64,000 bases of DNA from an uncultured Acidobacteriota bacterium (lineage in GTDB: Bacteria; Acidobacteriota; UBA6911). The stretch spans positions 1,300,234 to 1,364,233 of the forward strand of contig CAWEJX010000020.1 in NCBI GenBank assembly GCA_963809485.1, in the 5' to 3' direction. Made by a program: the position numbers and the translations under genes. Under the pieces are notes generated by a model. It did no database searches and had not been told where the DNA came from. It saw only the letters and a program-made list of their open reading frames with translations. Positions 17,426 through 26,785 of this stretch are shown here, piece after piece. How positions within the stretch are numbered: position 1 is the first letter of the stretch; each line of letters starts with the position of its first letter.

Positions 17426-18343
17426 TCAGCTAACAAAAGTAACATTCAAACCTTTTGTATAGGTGACGCGATTGTCTTTTTCGAGGAAGACTGCATGAGC
17501 ACCAAATGTTCCAGCAAGCTGTGATCCCTCGACAGGTCCCATGACGAACATAGCGGTTGTGAGGGCATCTGCCAGCATAGAGCTTTTTGTGCAGGCCGTT
17601 ACGGTCATCAAATTATTTTCAACCGGCCAGCCGGTGCGCGGATCGAGAATATGATGATACCAATTGCCATTCTCTGCGAAGCCGCGTTCATAGATGCCAC
17701 TTGTAACTACCGCGCTGTCCTGGCTTTCCACAAAGGCCCAAAAATCCTCACCCCGTTTTCCCAAAGGGTTCTGCAGCCCAACCTTCCAGGCCGAACCATC
17801 CGGCTTGCTCCCTACTGTCACTACATTGCCGCCAAAATTGAGCATGGCATGTTTGACACCACGCTCTCTCAGGAAATTGGCGATTTCGTCCGCGATATAC
17901 CCCTTGGCTATCCCGCCCAGATCGATCTGCATTTCGGGAGGCATTCTTACAGAATTCCCCGCAAGCCGTATTCTTGTGCAGTCTGCGCAGGCAGCAGCAT
18001 CCGAAAGTGCATTGGCGTCCGGTACAATCGTCGAGCCATCGGTGAAATGCCACAATGCCACTGCCGGCCCGACAGCGATATCAAAAGCTCCGGCGGAAGC
18101 CTCACTGACCTCCTGAGCCAGCCTTAATATCGCCATTGTCTTCTCATTTACGGTTACAGCCGTACCTTCCGCATGATTCACCCGCCACACGTCGCTTCCA
18201 TGTACCGTTTTGCTCAAAAGATCATTGTACTTTCGGCATTCGGCCATGGCTTCCACTAATACACTCTCGCTGCACCAGGCACGGATGGTATTGATGGTAT
18301 CGAAATAGACGCCTTGTGCCGTAACACTGCCATCTTCCGACAC
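17426..18343 (-). CDS. apbE: FAD:protein FMN transferase (ApbE), no signal peptide visible
   Basis: FDIAVGP, IDLGGIAKGY, VVTSG.YER, YHHILDPRTG, ADALTTA; GTG start with ggagg RBS. Confidence 0.92.
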   Translation of the reverse strand: MSEDGSVTAQGVYFDTINTIRAWCSESVLVEAMAECRKYNDLLSKTVHGSDVWRVNHAEGTAVTVNEKTMAILRLAQEVSEASAGAFDIAVGPAVALWHFTDGSTIVPDANALSDAAACADCTRIRLAGNSVRMPPEMQIDLGGIAKGYIADEIANFLRERGVKHAMLNFGGNVVTVGSKPDGSAWKVGLQNPLGKRGEDFWAFVESQDSAVVTSGIYERGFAENGNWYHHILDPRTGWPVENNLMTVTACTKSSMLADALTTAMFVMGPVEGSQLAGTFGAHAVFLEKDNRVTYTKGLNVTFVS

Positions 18344-18394
18344 AGCGAATTTGCCCTCCTCGAACCAAAACCGGATGAAAGGCTCAAACCATCG

Positions 18395-20911
18395 CTATAA
18401 CGTTGCCAAATACTTCACTGCACTGATGCCAGCCAACCTACCGGATGTGAAGGCCCAGCCGAGCGCACAACCTCCGTACCCTGCGTAAGCCATGTCGGGT
18501 GCGTAAAGAACGCCGCCGCTGTCATTCCCACAGGCATACAGTCCATTCATCCCGGTACCGTCCTTTTTCAATACGTTGATATTTGTATCAACATCAAGAC
18601 CGGCAACGGTGGAGTAAGGGGTCGGGCAGTACTTGATCGCGTAATACGGAGCCCTATTGATGTTGGAAATCAGATTTGCGGATGGCTTGCCAAAATCGAT
18701 ATCTTTGCCTGTTGTACAGAATTCGAGGTACTTCTTGACCTCGGCCGTGAAATCAGACACAGGCACACCTATTTGTGCCGCAAGTGCTTCCAGGCTTCCG
18801 GCTTTATAGACAAATCCTTTCTTGACAGCTGTATCCAATACCTCATAGATCTGAGGAATAGGAACGGCACACGGATAGCCGCCAAAACCATAAACGTAGG
18901 TAGACCGTGTAAAAGTACCGGGTTTTCCGGCGAAGCCTTTTTCCGCAAGATTATCGATATAGTCGCTGCCGTAAATGGTGAACCAGAAAGGGCCGCCCTT
19001 CCAGAAGTCATCCATTCGTGCGGCCTCACTATAGAAACGTTTACCATTCTTGGCTACATGCATGGCAGCAGAGTTGGATCCGAGTTGATAGGGAACATCG
19101 TTGAGCGACCAGGTTTGTTGCTTTTGAGTGCGCTCGTTCACGCCGTCCCTGTAGTACACCGGATACCGGGTGATGATGTCAGCCGAGCCGGAGAAGTGTG
19201 TGCAGGGCACCATTTCGATATTGAATGTGGAAGCGCCATTGTCGATGGCAGACTGTAGCATCTGGCCTTTGTTCTGTGCCATGCCCCACAATTTCCAGAC
19301 GCCCTTTAGCGGATAGTATTGATTGCCCAGGTATTTCTCTTCCATCGCTGCGCTGCCGGCGAAACCGCCGCCGGCGAGAATGACCACATCGGCGTTGATA
19401 ACATACTCGGTGCCGTCATGGCATCTCGCCTTGACTCCCTTGACCCTATTTTTTGCCGGATCGTACATCAACTGATAGCACTCGGTCTCCAGCATGTATT
19501 TTCCGCCCGCGTCTGTGAAATCCTTTACAATGCGATCAAAGTATTTTCCGACACATGTGGAGCGATCGCCAAAGACAGCATCTCGGGGCAAACCCTGGCC
19601 TGTACTCCGGTTGGTTATATAAACATACTGGAACTTATCCAACCAGGCATTCGAACCAAAGCCCGTCATGGCGGTAGTGAAAAGGAAACCGTGATCAAAG
19701 TGCAGCCAGTCTATGGTATTGCCGGATTCATCCATCATTAATTTGACAATTTCTTTCTTGCAGGCGCCATGCGCATAGTCATTGACCCAGTTGCTGTAAA
19801 GGCTGTCGTAATCACAATAATCTTTCCCGTTGTTGTATGCAGCCTTAAACCGGGGTGGGTTAACCCCAAACGGTTCTCCTGCGTTGGCGGCCGTTCCCCC
19901 ATATTTTCCCGCGACTTCTACAGCAAGAACGCTGACGGGCATGCCTCTGCTTTTCATATGTTCTGCTGCGCTCATGGCAGCCGCGCAGCCGGCACCTCCG
20001 AGACTGGTAACCACCACTCTATAATTGAGAGTAACCGTTTTGTTGACTCTCTCGGAATCTTTGTAGAAGTTCTTGATAGCGGACCCATCACTGCCGCCTG
20101 CCTTCAGAGCCTTGATCAATGCATCTCGGGTGGCCAGTTTGATGCCGCTGCTGGAGGCCGTAGCTCCAGTGATGGAGTCGACCGTAACCGATTGTTTATC
20201 AATCATCCGAGGGATCAGCAAGTCCTCTGCTGCTTTTAGTATCAAGGGTTCTTCGCGGTTAAGACCTCGATCAATGACGCGGATTGTTAGCACCTTGGTC
20301 TCGCTGACCGTAATGGCAACACGTACAGGCTCGATCCAGTCAAACCCCATAGCTTCACCAACATACGTACCAGCTTTCATTTCAACCACCGCAGGAGCTA
20401 CCACGAGACCGGCCTTCTGCAGAATGGAATCCACATTCCTCAGAACGGCATTACTTGTCATCGTGGCGCCGGCCACGACATCAACCTTCGCGCTGTTTGC
20501 TGATACAATAGCTGCGGGCAGATGCTTAAGAGCAACGCCACCCCTGTCGGGAGTCTCATTTGGTCCTTCTGCCGTTACATCGGTGATGACGCTATTGGTA
20601 AGTGTCACCGTTGTAGTCACAACTCCACCAAATCCTCGCGATGCCGCAGTATAGGTTCCGGAAATTGCAGAGGTGTTTGCGGTGGTCGAAACCACGGTTT
20701 GGGCGGCCGTCTTGGTTGCCCGCGCTCCCGTTACTGTTGTTTTGGCTGTATCTGCAGCAGTTACTGGCGATGGTATATCCGTCCTATTCGATGATTGCGC
20801 CGTTTGAGTCGTGGTAAACGCACCTGCCGCGATTGCCTCCCCGCCGGCGACAAGAAAATCACGCCTTGACACAAGGTTCTTGCTTTTTCCCTGTTTCCTT
20901 TTGTCTGCCAT
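18395..20911 (-). CDS. Flavocytochrome c/UrdA-like FAD reductase with two FMN-binding domains and a Tat-like leader
   Basis: SRRDFL leader, flavinylation motifs DVVAGATMTS and DSITGATASS, FAD_binding_2 domain (LAGGGF, GLYACGN, AFTSGRLAG). Confidence 0.85.
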   Translation of the reverse strand: MADKRKQGKSKNLVSRRDFLVAGGEAIAAGAFTTTQTAQSSNRTDIPSPVTAADTAKTTVTGARATKTAAQTVVSTTANTSAISGTYTAASRGFGGVVTTTVTLTNSVITDVTAEGPNETPDRGGVALKHLPAAIVSANSAKVDVVAGATMTSNAVLRNVDSILQKAGLVVAPAVVEMKAGTYVGEAMGFDWIEPVRVAITVSETKVLTIRVIDRGLNREEPLILKAAEDLLIPRMIDKQSVTVDSITGATASSSGIKLATRDALIKALKAGGSDGSAIKNFYKDSERVNKTVTLNYRVVVTSLGGAGCAAAMSAAEHMKSRGMPVSVLAVEVAGKYGGTAANAGEPFGVNPPRFKAAYNNGKDYCDYDSLYSNWVNDYAHGACKKEIVKLMMDESGNTIDWLHFDHGFLFTTAMTGFGSNAWLDKFQYVYITNRSTGQGLPRDAVFGDRSTCVGKYFDRIVKDFTDAGGKYMLETECYQLMYDPAKNRVKGVKARCHDGTEYVINADVVILAGGGFAGSAAMEEKYLGNQYYPLKGVWKLWGMAQNKGQMLQSAIDNGASTFNIEMVPCTHFSGSADIITRYPVYYRDGVNERTQKQQTWSLNDVPYQLGSNSAAMHVAKNGKRFYSEAARMDDFWKGGPFWFTIYGSDYIDNLAEKGFAGKPGTFTRSTYVYGFGGYPCAVPIPQIYEVLDTAVKKGFVYKAGSLEALAAQIGVPVSDFTAEVKKYLEFCTTGKDIDFGKPSANLISNINRAPYYAIKYCPTPYSTVAGLDVDTNINVLKKDGTGMNGLYACGNDSGGVLYAPDMAYAGYGGCALGWAFTSGRLAGISAVKYLATL

Positions 20912-21539
20912 CAAATATCGCCTCCCCTATTGGCGCTCCTCCTAATGCGAGCGGCAGTAACTGGCCTTAAGGCTTACCACGCTTTTCGCCCGGGACTCTG
21001 TACCGAAAAGGGATATCCGCGCTTCTGAACAATGGATCCTCGTGCGTAAGAGGTTGGTTTCGGACGCAATGCGAAACACGTATCTCTTTGATTTTATCCC
21101 AGGCGCGGTGATTGTGAACCGGCAAGCATATCGCGCAGGCATAAATATCAATGCTTCAAACGCCTTTCGAGGGCAATCGTCCTTGGAAAATTCTTTCTCA
21201 AAATACTGCAACACACGCTCAGCGCATCAAGCAATGCTGCAGTGTTATCCGGCTCCGTTCTCCAGGCGGACGGCCTTTTTTACAGGACGGAGAGTATCAG
21301 AAATTCCGGCGATTGTTGTGCAAATCTGCCCATGCCGAATCAAAATCAGGATCATCTTGGATATTAAAGAAAAAATGGTAATAGTGGATCCCGATAATGT
21401 GATTTGTCGCCAAGAAATGAAGGATCTGAAGAAATAACGGACTTCAATTGCAGCGAATGGGGCATGAAAAGCAAGCTGATGGAGAAAGACCAACACGGAA
21501 GCCTTGAACTTCCGTCTATTTCCTAGTATATTTCCGAGC

Positions 21540-22898
21540 ATGACGACCCTAACCGATCTGTTTGCTCGAAATGAAGGCAAGACGCTTGAATTCAAACGCG
21601 ATGTTTCTTCGCCGGAGAACATTATCCGGACAGTCGTTGCCTTTTCCAACGGCGCAGGCGGCACGATTATTGTCGGTGTCGACGATCGCAAACATTCTGT
21701 TCGCGGGGTTGCAGATCCAAGAGCAACTGAAGAGCTGCTTGCCAACCTGATATCGGACCGCATCCAACCGCGTTTGGTGCCGGACATTCAAATAATTCCC
21801 TGGCGGAAAACCTGCGTTATTGCGCTTCGCGTCTATCCGAGTTCCTTGCGGCCCCATTTTGTGAAGACTGCCGGACCCGAACAGGGGGTCTACGTGAGAG
21901 TGGGATCAACCAACCGGCGGGCGGATCCGGCTCAAATTGAGGAAATCAAGCGCTTTGTCCGCGGAAGTACCTTTGATGAAGAGCCGTTGCCGGAAATAGA
22001 CTCGGAAGCAATCGATTTCCGAGCAGCTTCCGAGTGTTTTGCCTCCATCCGCAAATTGCGAAGGAGCGATCTTAGAACTCTTCAAATCACTGCCATTCAT
22101 CAAAATCGCGTAGTCCCGACGGTTGGCGGATTTCTACTTTTCGGACGCGACCGCCGGGCGACATTTCCCGACGCTTACGTTCGCGCAGGCTGCTTTAGGG
22201 GCATCGACAAGAGCAACATTATTGACTCGGCTGAAATTGTGGGCTACTTGCCACTACTGGTGGAAGATGTCCTCAAATTCATTCAACGCAACACACGCCA
22301 CGCAATTCGCGTTGAAGGCACTAAGCACGCGGAGTCATTGGAATTCCCTCCCGTAGCTCTACGCGAGGCGGTCATCAACGCCCTCGTCCACGCCGACTAT
22401 GCCCAGAAGGGAGCTCCGCTGCGCGTCGCCATCTTTGACAACCGGATCGAAATCGACAACCCCGGTGGATTGCCTCCGGGCTTGACCTTGGAAGAAATTC
22501 GCCGTGGCGTTTCGAAGCTGCGGAATCGCGTTATTGGCCGCGTGTTTCATGAACTCGGTCTCATTGAGCAGTGGGGAAGCGGGATTCAGCGCATGATCGG
22601 GGCATGTGAACAAGCCGGTTTGCAGGAACCGGTCTTTGAAGAAATCGGCAGCGGCTTTCGGGTGACCATCTATTCCCAGGCACAGGGACAACCGCAGCTC
22701 GAAGAGCTCGACAAAGCGATTTTGGAATATATCCGAAGCGTGAAAGAGGCGTCTTCAAGTCAGGTTGCAGCTCATATCCATCGCACGCCCCGAACTGCGC
22801 GAACCAGATTGAATCATCTGGTTGATCTTGGTCTGCTTGTCCCTATAGGCAGCAGCTCCCTTGATCCAAGAAGAGTTTATCGCCTCGTAATCAAGTGA
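21540..22898 (+). CDS. Schlafen/AlbA_2 + HATPase_c_4 + HTH protein
   Basis: EGKTLEFK, AFSNGAGG.IIVGVDD, REAVINALVHADY, RN..I..VF..LG.IEQWGSGI, C-terminal winged HTH. Confidence 0.88.
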   Translation: MTTLTDLFARNEGKTLEFKRDVSSPENIIRTVVAFSNGAGGTIIVGVDDRKHSVRGVADPRATEELLANLISDRIQPRLVPDIQIIPWRKTCVIALRVYPSSLRPHFVKTAGPEQGVYVRVGSTNRRADPAQIEEIKRFVRGSTFDEEPLPEIDSEAIDFRAASECFASIRKLRRSDLRTLQITAIHQNRVVPTVGGFLLFGRDRRATFPDAYVRAGCFRGIDKSNIIDSAEIVGYLPLLVEDVLKFIQRNTRHAIRVEGTKHAESLEFPPVALREAVINALVHADYAQKGAPLRVAIFDNRIEIDNPGGLPPGLTLEEIRRGVSKLRNRVIGRVFHELGLIEQWGSGIQRMIGACEQAGLQEPVFEEIGSGFRVTIYSQAQGQPQLEELDKAILEYIRSVKEASSSQVAAHIHRTPRTARTRLNHLVDLGLLVPIGSSSLDPRRVYRLVIK

Positions 22899-23132
22899 TT
22901 GCTTCAATTTTGAAGTATCTGGAATGGCTTGCTTAGATGTGTTTTGTGAATAAGCATGTTCATAGGCATGCCAAAAGATCAAAGAATAGCAGGGCATAAG
23001 ATTCACATAAGAAGCGAGAACTGTCGATGGAGCGCCAGATGAACAAAATCGGGTTTTTGAAACACCTGCATTCAATTGCTCGGCCTTTCGTTTCAAGGCT
23101 GATTCATGGGAACTCCACGTCCATAAAACTAC

Positions 23133-23544
23133 TTGTTATGGAACGCTGGACCGAACGCAGGCTTTACCAACGGCACACCCTGGCTGAAAGTTAATCCCAA
23201 TCACGCGACCGTTAATGTGGAAGCGGCCGAGAAATATCCGAACTCCATTCTGAACTACTTCCGGAAGATGATCCGATTGACGCAAATCAGAGCCGGCGTT
23301 GGTCTACGGCAAATTCGATCTGCTCGATGCCGAAAATCCCGACATATTTGCCTACATTCGCAGGCTGGAAGGCCGCACCCTGCTGGTGGCGCTCAGTTTC
23401 AGCACCAAAGGCGGCAGCATGGCCCTGCCCGACAGGTTTAAAGACGGCAAGGTGCGGATCAACAACTTGATGGAATCGCCGGTGCGGGGCAATAGACTGA
23501 TGCTGAGGCCGTATCAGGCGGTAGTCCTGCAGGTAGGCAAGTAA
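23133..23544 (+). pseudogene. GH13 alpha-glucosidase C-terminal fragment (frameshifted)
   Basis: W...PNAGFT.GTPWLKVNPN...NVE...SILNYFRK.I.L, then LVYG.F.LL...IFAY.R...L.PYQA; N-terminus missing. Confidence 0.75.
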
Positions 23545-23660
23545 TAATAGAATACGGCGACACGGTGGGTACGCGAACACAACCCTCGCCATTCCAGCAA
23601 AATATGTTACCTTTTGGGGGATTTGGAACTTTCTGGTGTAGCCGACAGTTTTTTGTTTAG

Positions 23661-23705
23661 TGGTGCGCCCGGCGTGACTCGAACACGCGACCTTTTGATT
23701 CGTAG
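23661..23705 (-). mobile_element. 3' fragment of tRNA-Arg(ACG), putative att site
   Basis: Reverse complement ctACGaatcaaaaggtcgcgtgTTCGAgtcacgccgggcgcaCCA has an anticodon loop, T arm and CCA, but no D arm or 5' acceptor strand. Confidence 0.8.
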
Positions 23706-23862
23706 AGATAGACACTCTGCCCGACTAATCCGCGATTGATCCGTAAACAATTCAATAATAGAGAGTTCGATGAGTCTTCGCAAAGTTCCTCTCAACTCAA
23801 ATTTGCACAAACGGTTAGGTTTTGGCACAACTTTTGGCACAGTGCCAGCTGTCCAGAAATCC

Positions 23863-24069
23863 TTAAAATCCATTTTCCTTACTCCGCTCAATCAGTCTGT
23901 CCAAGTCGCCTTTATCCACAAGAATCCTGCGTAAACGCCCCCCCTTTTTGTTCGGCAGTTGAACCATCGGAATCGCACCCGACCAGATAAGCTCACGCAA
24001 AGTCCAGTAACCCAATCCCAAGTATTTTGCAGCCTCGTTAGCGTTCATCAACCGCTGCTCGCCCTTCAT
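23863..24069 (-). CDS. Excisionase-like helix-turn-helix protein
   Basis: LMNANEAAKYLGLGYWTLRELIWSGAIP...ILVDKGDLDRLI; ATGA overlap with alpA. Confidence 0.8.
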   Translation of the reverse strand: MKGEQRLMNANEAAKYLGLGYWTLRELIWSGAIPMVQLPNKKGGRLRRILVDKGDLDRLIERSKENGF

Positions 24070-24449
24070 CTTGTCTTTTCGCATTGTCTTGTCCCAATCC
24101 ATTCGTGAATTTCGGTATCCAGCCATCCCACTGATCTCGGGCCGAGTTTACGGTGCTTGGGGAATCTCCCATCCCTAGCCATGTTCCATATCGTTGCCCT
24201 GCAAAGCCCCACCAGCCGAATGACATCTTTCATCCGCAAAATCCTGCCTTCGGGCTTAGGCATCGGATCACGCTTGATTTGTTTGGTCGATTTGTCAATG
24301 ATTTGCGTTTTGGCGACAGGCCACAGAACCTCCTGTTCCATGATCCGCATCCAAAGCTGGGCCTTCAGTGATTCAATCTCACCGATAAGACCAGGAATTT
24401 CGGATTTGGGAATTGTTCGTATCTGCTTACCTTGGGTCAGAAGGTCCAT
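24066..24449 (-). CDS. alpA: AlpA family phage/island regulator
   Basis: RILRMKDVIRLVGLCRATIWNMARDGRFP...LGPRSVGWL..EI.EWI. Confidence 0.85.
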   Translation of the reverse strand: MDLLTQGKQIRTIPKSEIPGLIGEIESLKAQLWMRIMEQEVLWPVAKTQIIDKSTKQIKRDPMPKPEGRILRMKDVIRLVGLCRATIWNMARDGRFPKHRKLGPRSVGWLDTEIHEWIGTRQCEKTR

Positions 24450-24688
24450 GAGTCTAATGGCGATTCTCCTTTCTCGGTTGTAAAACCTGAGTCCACACGT
24501 ATATTTGTTCCGGCTGTTTATCTATGCAAGCTCTTGTCCATGACCTTTTATGCCTCAGCAAGAAGGCCGAAGCTCCCAAACAACACTTGGGCTGCAACCT
24601 GGAGAAATATGACAGCTCGATATCACTCATATTGCGGGAGGTTGGTAAACTGCCTATTATGTTGAGAATAATTCACTGTTGATAGCCA

Positions 24689-25008
24689 AGATCCTATCTT
24701 CAAAACGGATTTGGTCTGGCTCCGTCGCGAGCATTGCTGTTTCCGCTGCGTTGGCGGCTGTTTTTTTGCCAATCGCAGGCAGATCGCCCATTGGAATTGC
24801 GTTGCCAGGGAAGAGAGAGTCTGCTCGTATATTGCGGCTGTCCTTAGTGCTTTGTGCCGAATGCCATGCGAAACAGAAGGCTATCTGTAAGAGACTTGGA
24901 ATCAGCGTTATCTGGAAATTGCATCCTTGGTGGGATAAAGCAATGCAATGCGGCTATACCGAATTTTTGACAGAAAACGAACTGGGGCAGTGGAAGCCGC
25001 TTCACTAA
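24689..25008 (+). pseudogene. Possible degenerate phage HNH-like gene
   Basis: WLRREHCC..C in one frame and LCAECHAKQ in another. No clean start. Confidence 0.3.
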
Positions 25009-25201
25009 TGGCCGGTTGCGGCAAAACAACGAGCAGGCAATAATTGCAATTTAGATTATTGTGCCTTCAATGAAGAAAGCCTCGCTTTGTTGCCGGTAGC
25101 ACATTCATTACCTTCGATGGATGTTTTATGCTGAAGTGAAGCATAGGAAAGCGTCCGGTCGACGGATTTGTGGAGACTCCACCGACCGGGCGCTTGACGG
25201 T

Positions 25202-26650
25202 CTACTTTGGTGTTACCGCTGCAAATAGGCTGTTCTGTCCTCTCTGAATCAGGAGCAGGACATTATCCTGGCTTTTTGCCTGCGCAATTATTTGACTGAA
25301 ATCTTCCACGTCTTTCACGGATTTACGATTAACTTCTTGAATGACATCGCCCGTCTGGATACCCGCGTCCGCTGCCGAGCTTCCCGGTTCAACGCTGGTA
25401 ACCACGACACCCGTTTCACGTTTCAGCCCGAGGTCCCTGGCTATTTCAGGGGTGAGCGCCTGCACGGTAATCCCCAGGGATTTGTGCGACGGCAATTGCG
25501 CTGATTCCGTCTTCTTCTCCATCTCGCCGACCTTCACGGTGCGTTCAATTGCTTTCCCATCTCTCATAAGTTTGACTTCTACCATCTTGCCGACTGGAGT
25601 CGCTGCGACAATCCGGGACAGGTCTTTCGACTCGACAACCTTTTTAGCATCAAATTGCGTGATAACATCTCCGCGCTCGATTCCTGCTTTTTCAGCCGGA
25701 CCACCTTTGAATACATCCGCAACCAGAGCTCCCTCTTTGCCGTTGAGGCCAAAAGATTTTTCGAGGGCTGGGGTCATCTGCTGAATCCCAATGCCGAGCC
25801 ATCCCCTAGTAACAGACCCTTTTTGTTCCAGTTGGGGGATAATGGTTTTTGCCATATCGATCGGGATTGCAAATCCAATCCCCTGCCCGCTCGGATTGAT
25901 GGCCGTGTTGATGCCGATCACCTCCCCTTTCATGTTGATTAAGGGGCCTCCGCTGTTACCGGGGTTGATCGAAGCGTCCGTCTGGATGAAATCATCGTAG
26001 GGACCAGAGCCAATCACCCTTCCTTTTCCACTAACAATTCCTTGGGTTACCGTCTGTTCCAGTCCAAATGGACTTCCGACAGCCACAACCCAACTGCCCA
26101 CCTTAAGATCCTCCGAATTGCCTAATGGTAGCGCGTGCAGATCTTTGTCTCCGTCAATCTTTACGAGGGCTAAATCTGTCTTTGGATCCCTGCCAACTAT
26201 TTTGGCGTCATACTCTTTGCCATTTGCCAACTTCACCCTAATCTGCTCTGCATCTTCAACGACATGGTTATTGGTGAGAATAAACCCTTCCTGGCTTATG
26301 ACAAATCCGGAGCCCACGCCTTCCTGCTTTTGGTCCATCGGCGGATTGCCTTCGAAGAAACGCCCGAAGGGACTGTCCTCTCCGAAAGGACTGCCCTGGA
26401 AACCTGGGAAAGCAAAGCCAACATTCTGCACCTTCTTGACTACCTGAATGTTGACCACTCCAGGACGAACTTGTTCTGCAAGGTCGCTGAAATTGGCCGG
26501 AACCATGAGAGTCTCGTGACTATTGGATACCTGCATAGCCGGTTGTTGAGAAGATTTCGCAGCAGTCGACATTCCATAACCAAACGCAAGCACGGCTACC
26601 GCCAGCACTGCCGTGACAAGACCGGTTTTAAAACCCTTTCTTCTGTCCAT
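25202..26650 (-). CDS. degQ: HtrA/DegQ periplasmic serine protease with two PDZ domains
   Basis: GSGFVI, TNNHVV, DLAL, QTDASINPGNSGGPL; aggagg RBS. Confidence 0.95.
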   Translation of the reverse strand: MDRRKGFKTGLVTAVLAVAVLAFGYGMSTAAKSSQQPAMQVSNSHETLMVPANFSDLAEQVRPGVVNIQVVKKVQNVGFAFPGFQGSPFGEDSPFGRFFEGNPPMDQKQEGVGSGFVISQEGFILTNNHVVEDAEQIRVKLANGKEYDAKIVGRDPKTDLALVKIDGDKDLHALPLGNSEDLKVGSWVVAVGSPFGLEQTVTQGIVSGKGRVIGSGPYDDFIQTDASINPGNSGGPLINMKGEVIGINTAINPSGQGIGFAIPIDMAKTIIPQLEQKGSVTRGWLGIGIQQMTPALEKSFGLNGKEGALVADVFKGGPAEKAGIERGDVITQFDAKKVVESKDLSRIVAATPVGKMVEVKLMRDGKAIERTVKVGEMEKKTESAQLPSHKSLGITVQALTPEIARDLGLKRETGVVVTSVEPGSSAADAGIQTGDVIQEVNRKSVKDVEDFSQIIAQAKSQDNVLLLIQRGQNSLFAAVTPK

Positions 26651-26739
26651 GTTCATCCTCCTAATCCTGAAAATCGTATGCTCGGCTTTTACCAGCCTCC
26701 GCAATCAAATGGAGTTTAGAATCTGCAGTTAACAGGAAG

Positions 26740-26766
26740 ATGACCGGAAGATTACAATTGCGTAAT
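26740..26766 (-). promoter_or_regulatory. CusR/CopR-box-like site upstream of degQ
   Basis: Palindrome ATTAC-aattgc-GTAAT (26751-26766), plus ATGAC 11 bp before the first half-site. Confidence 0.55.
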
Positions 26767-26785
26767 GTTGCAGATGCCGTGCGTA

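Noticed and set aside
18341-18397. Read-through fusion of the reductase and ApbE (same frame, one TAG, 17 open codons)
   Set aside because: Plausible by chance, and apbE has its own ggagg RBS and GTG start
24679-25008. CAECH as a cytochrome c heme-binding motif
   Set aside because: Weak TTG start and no clear export signal. LC..CH fits a degenerate phage HNH-like gene next to alpA better
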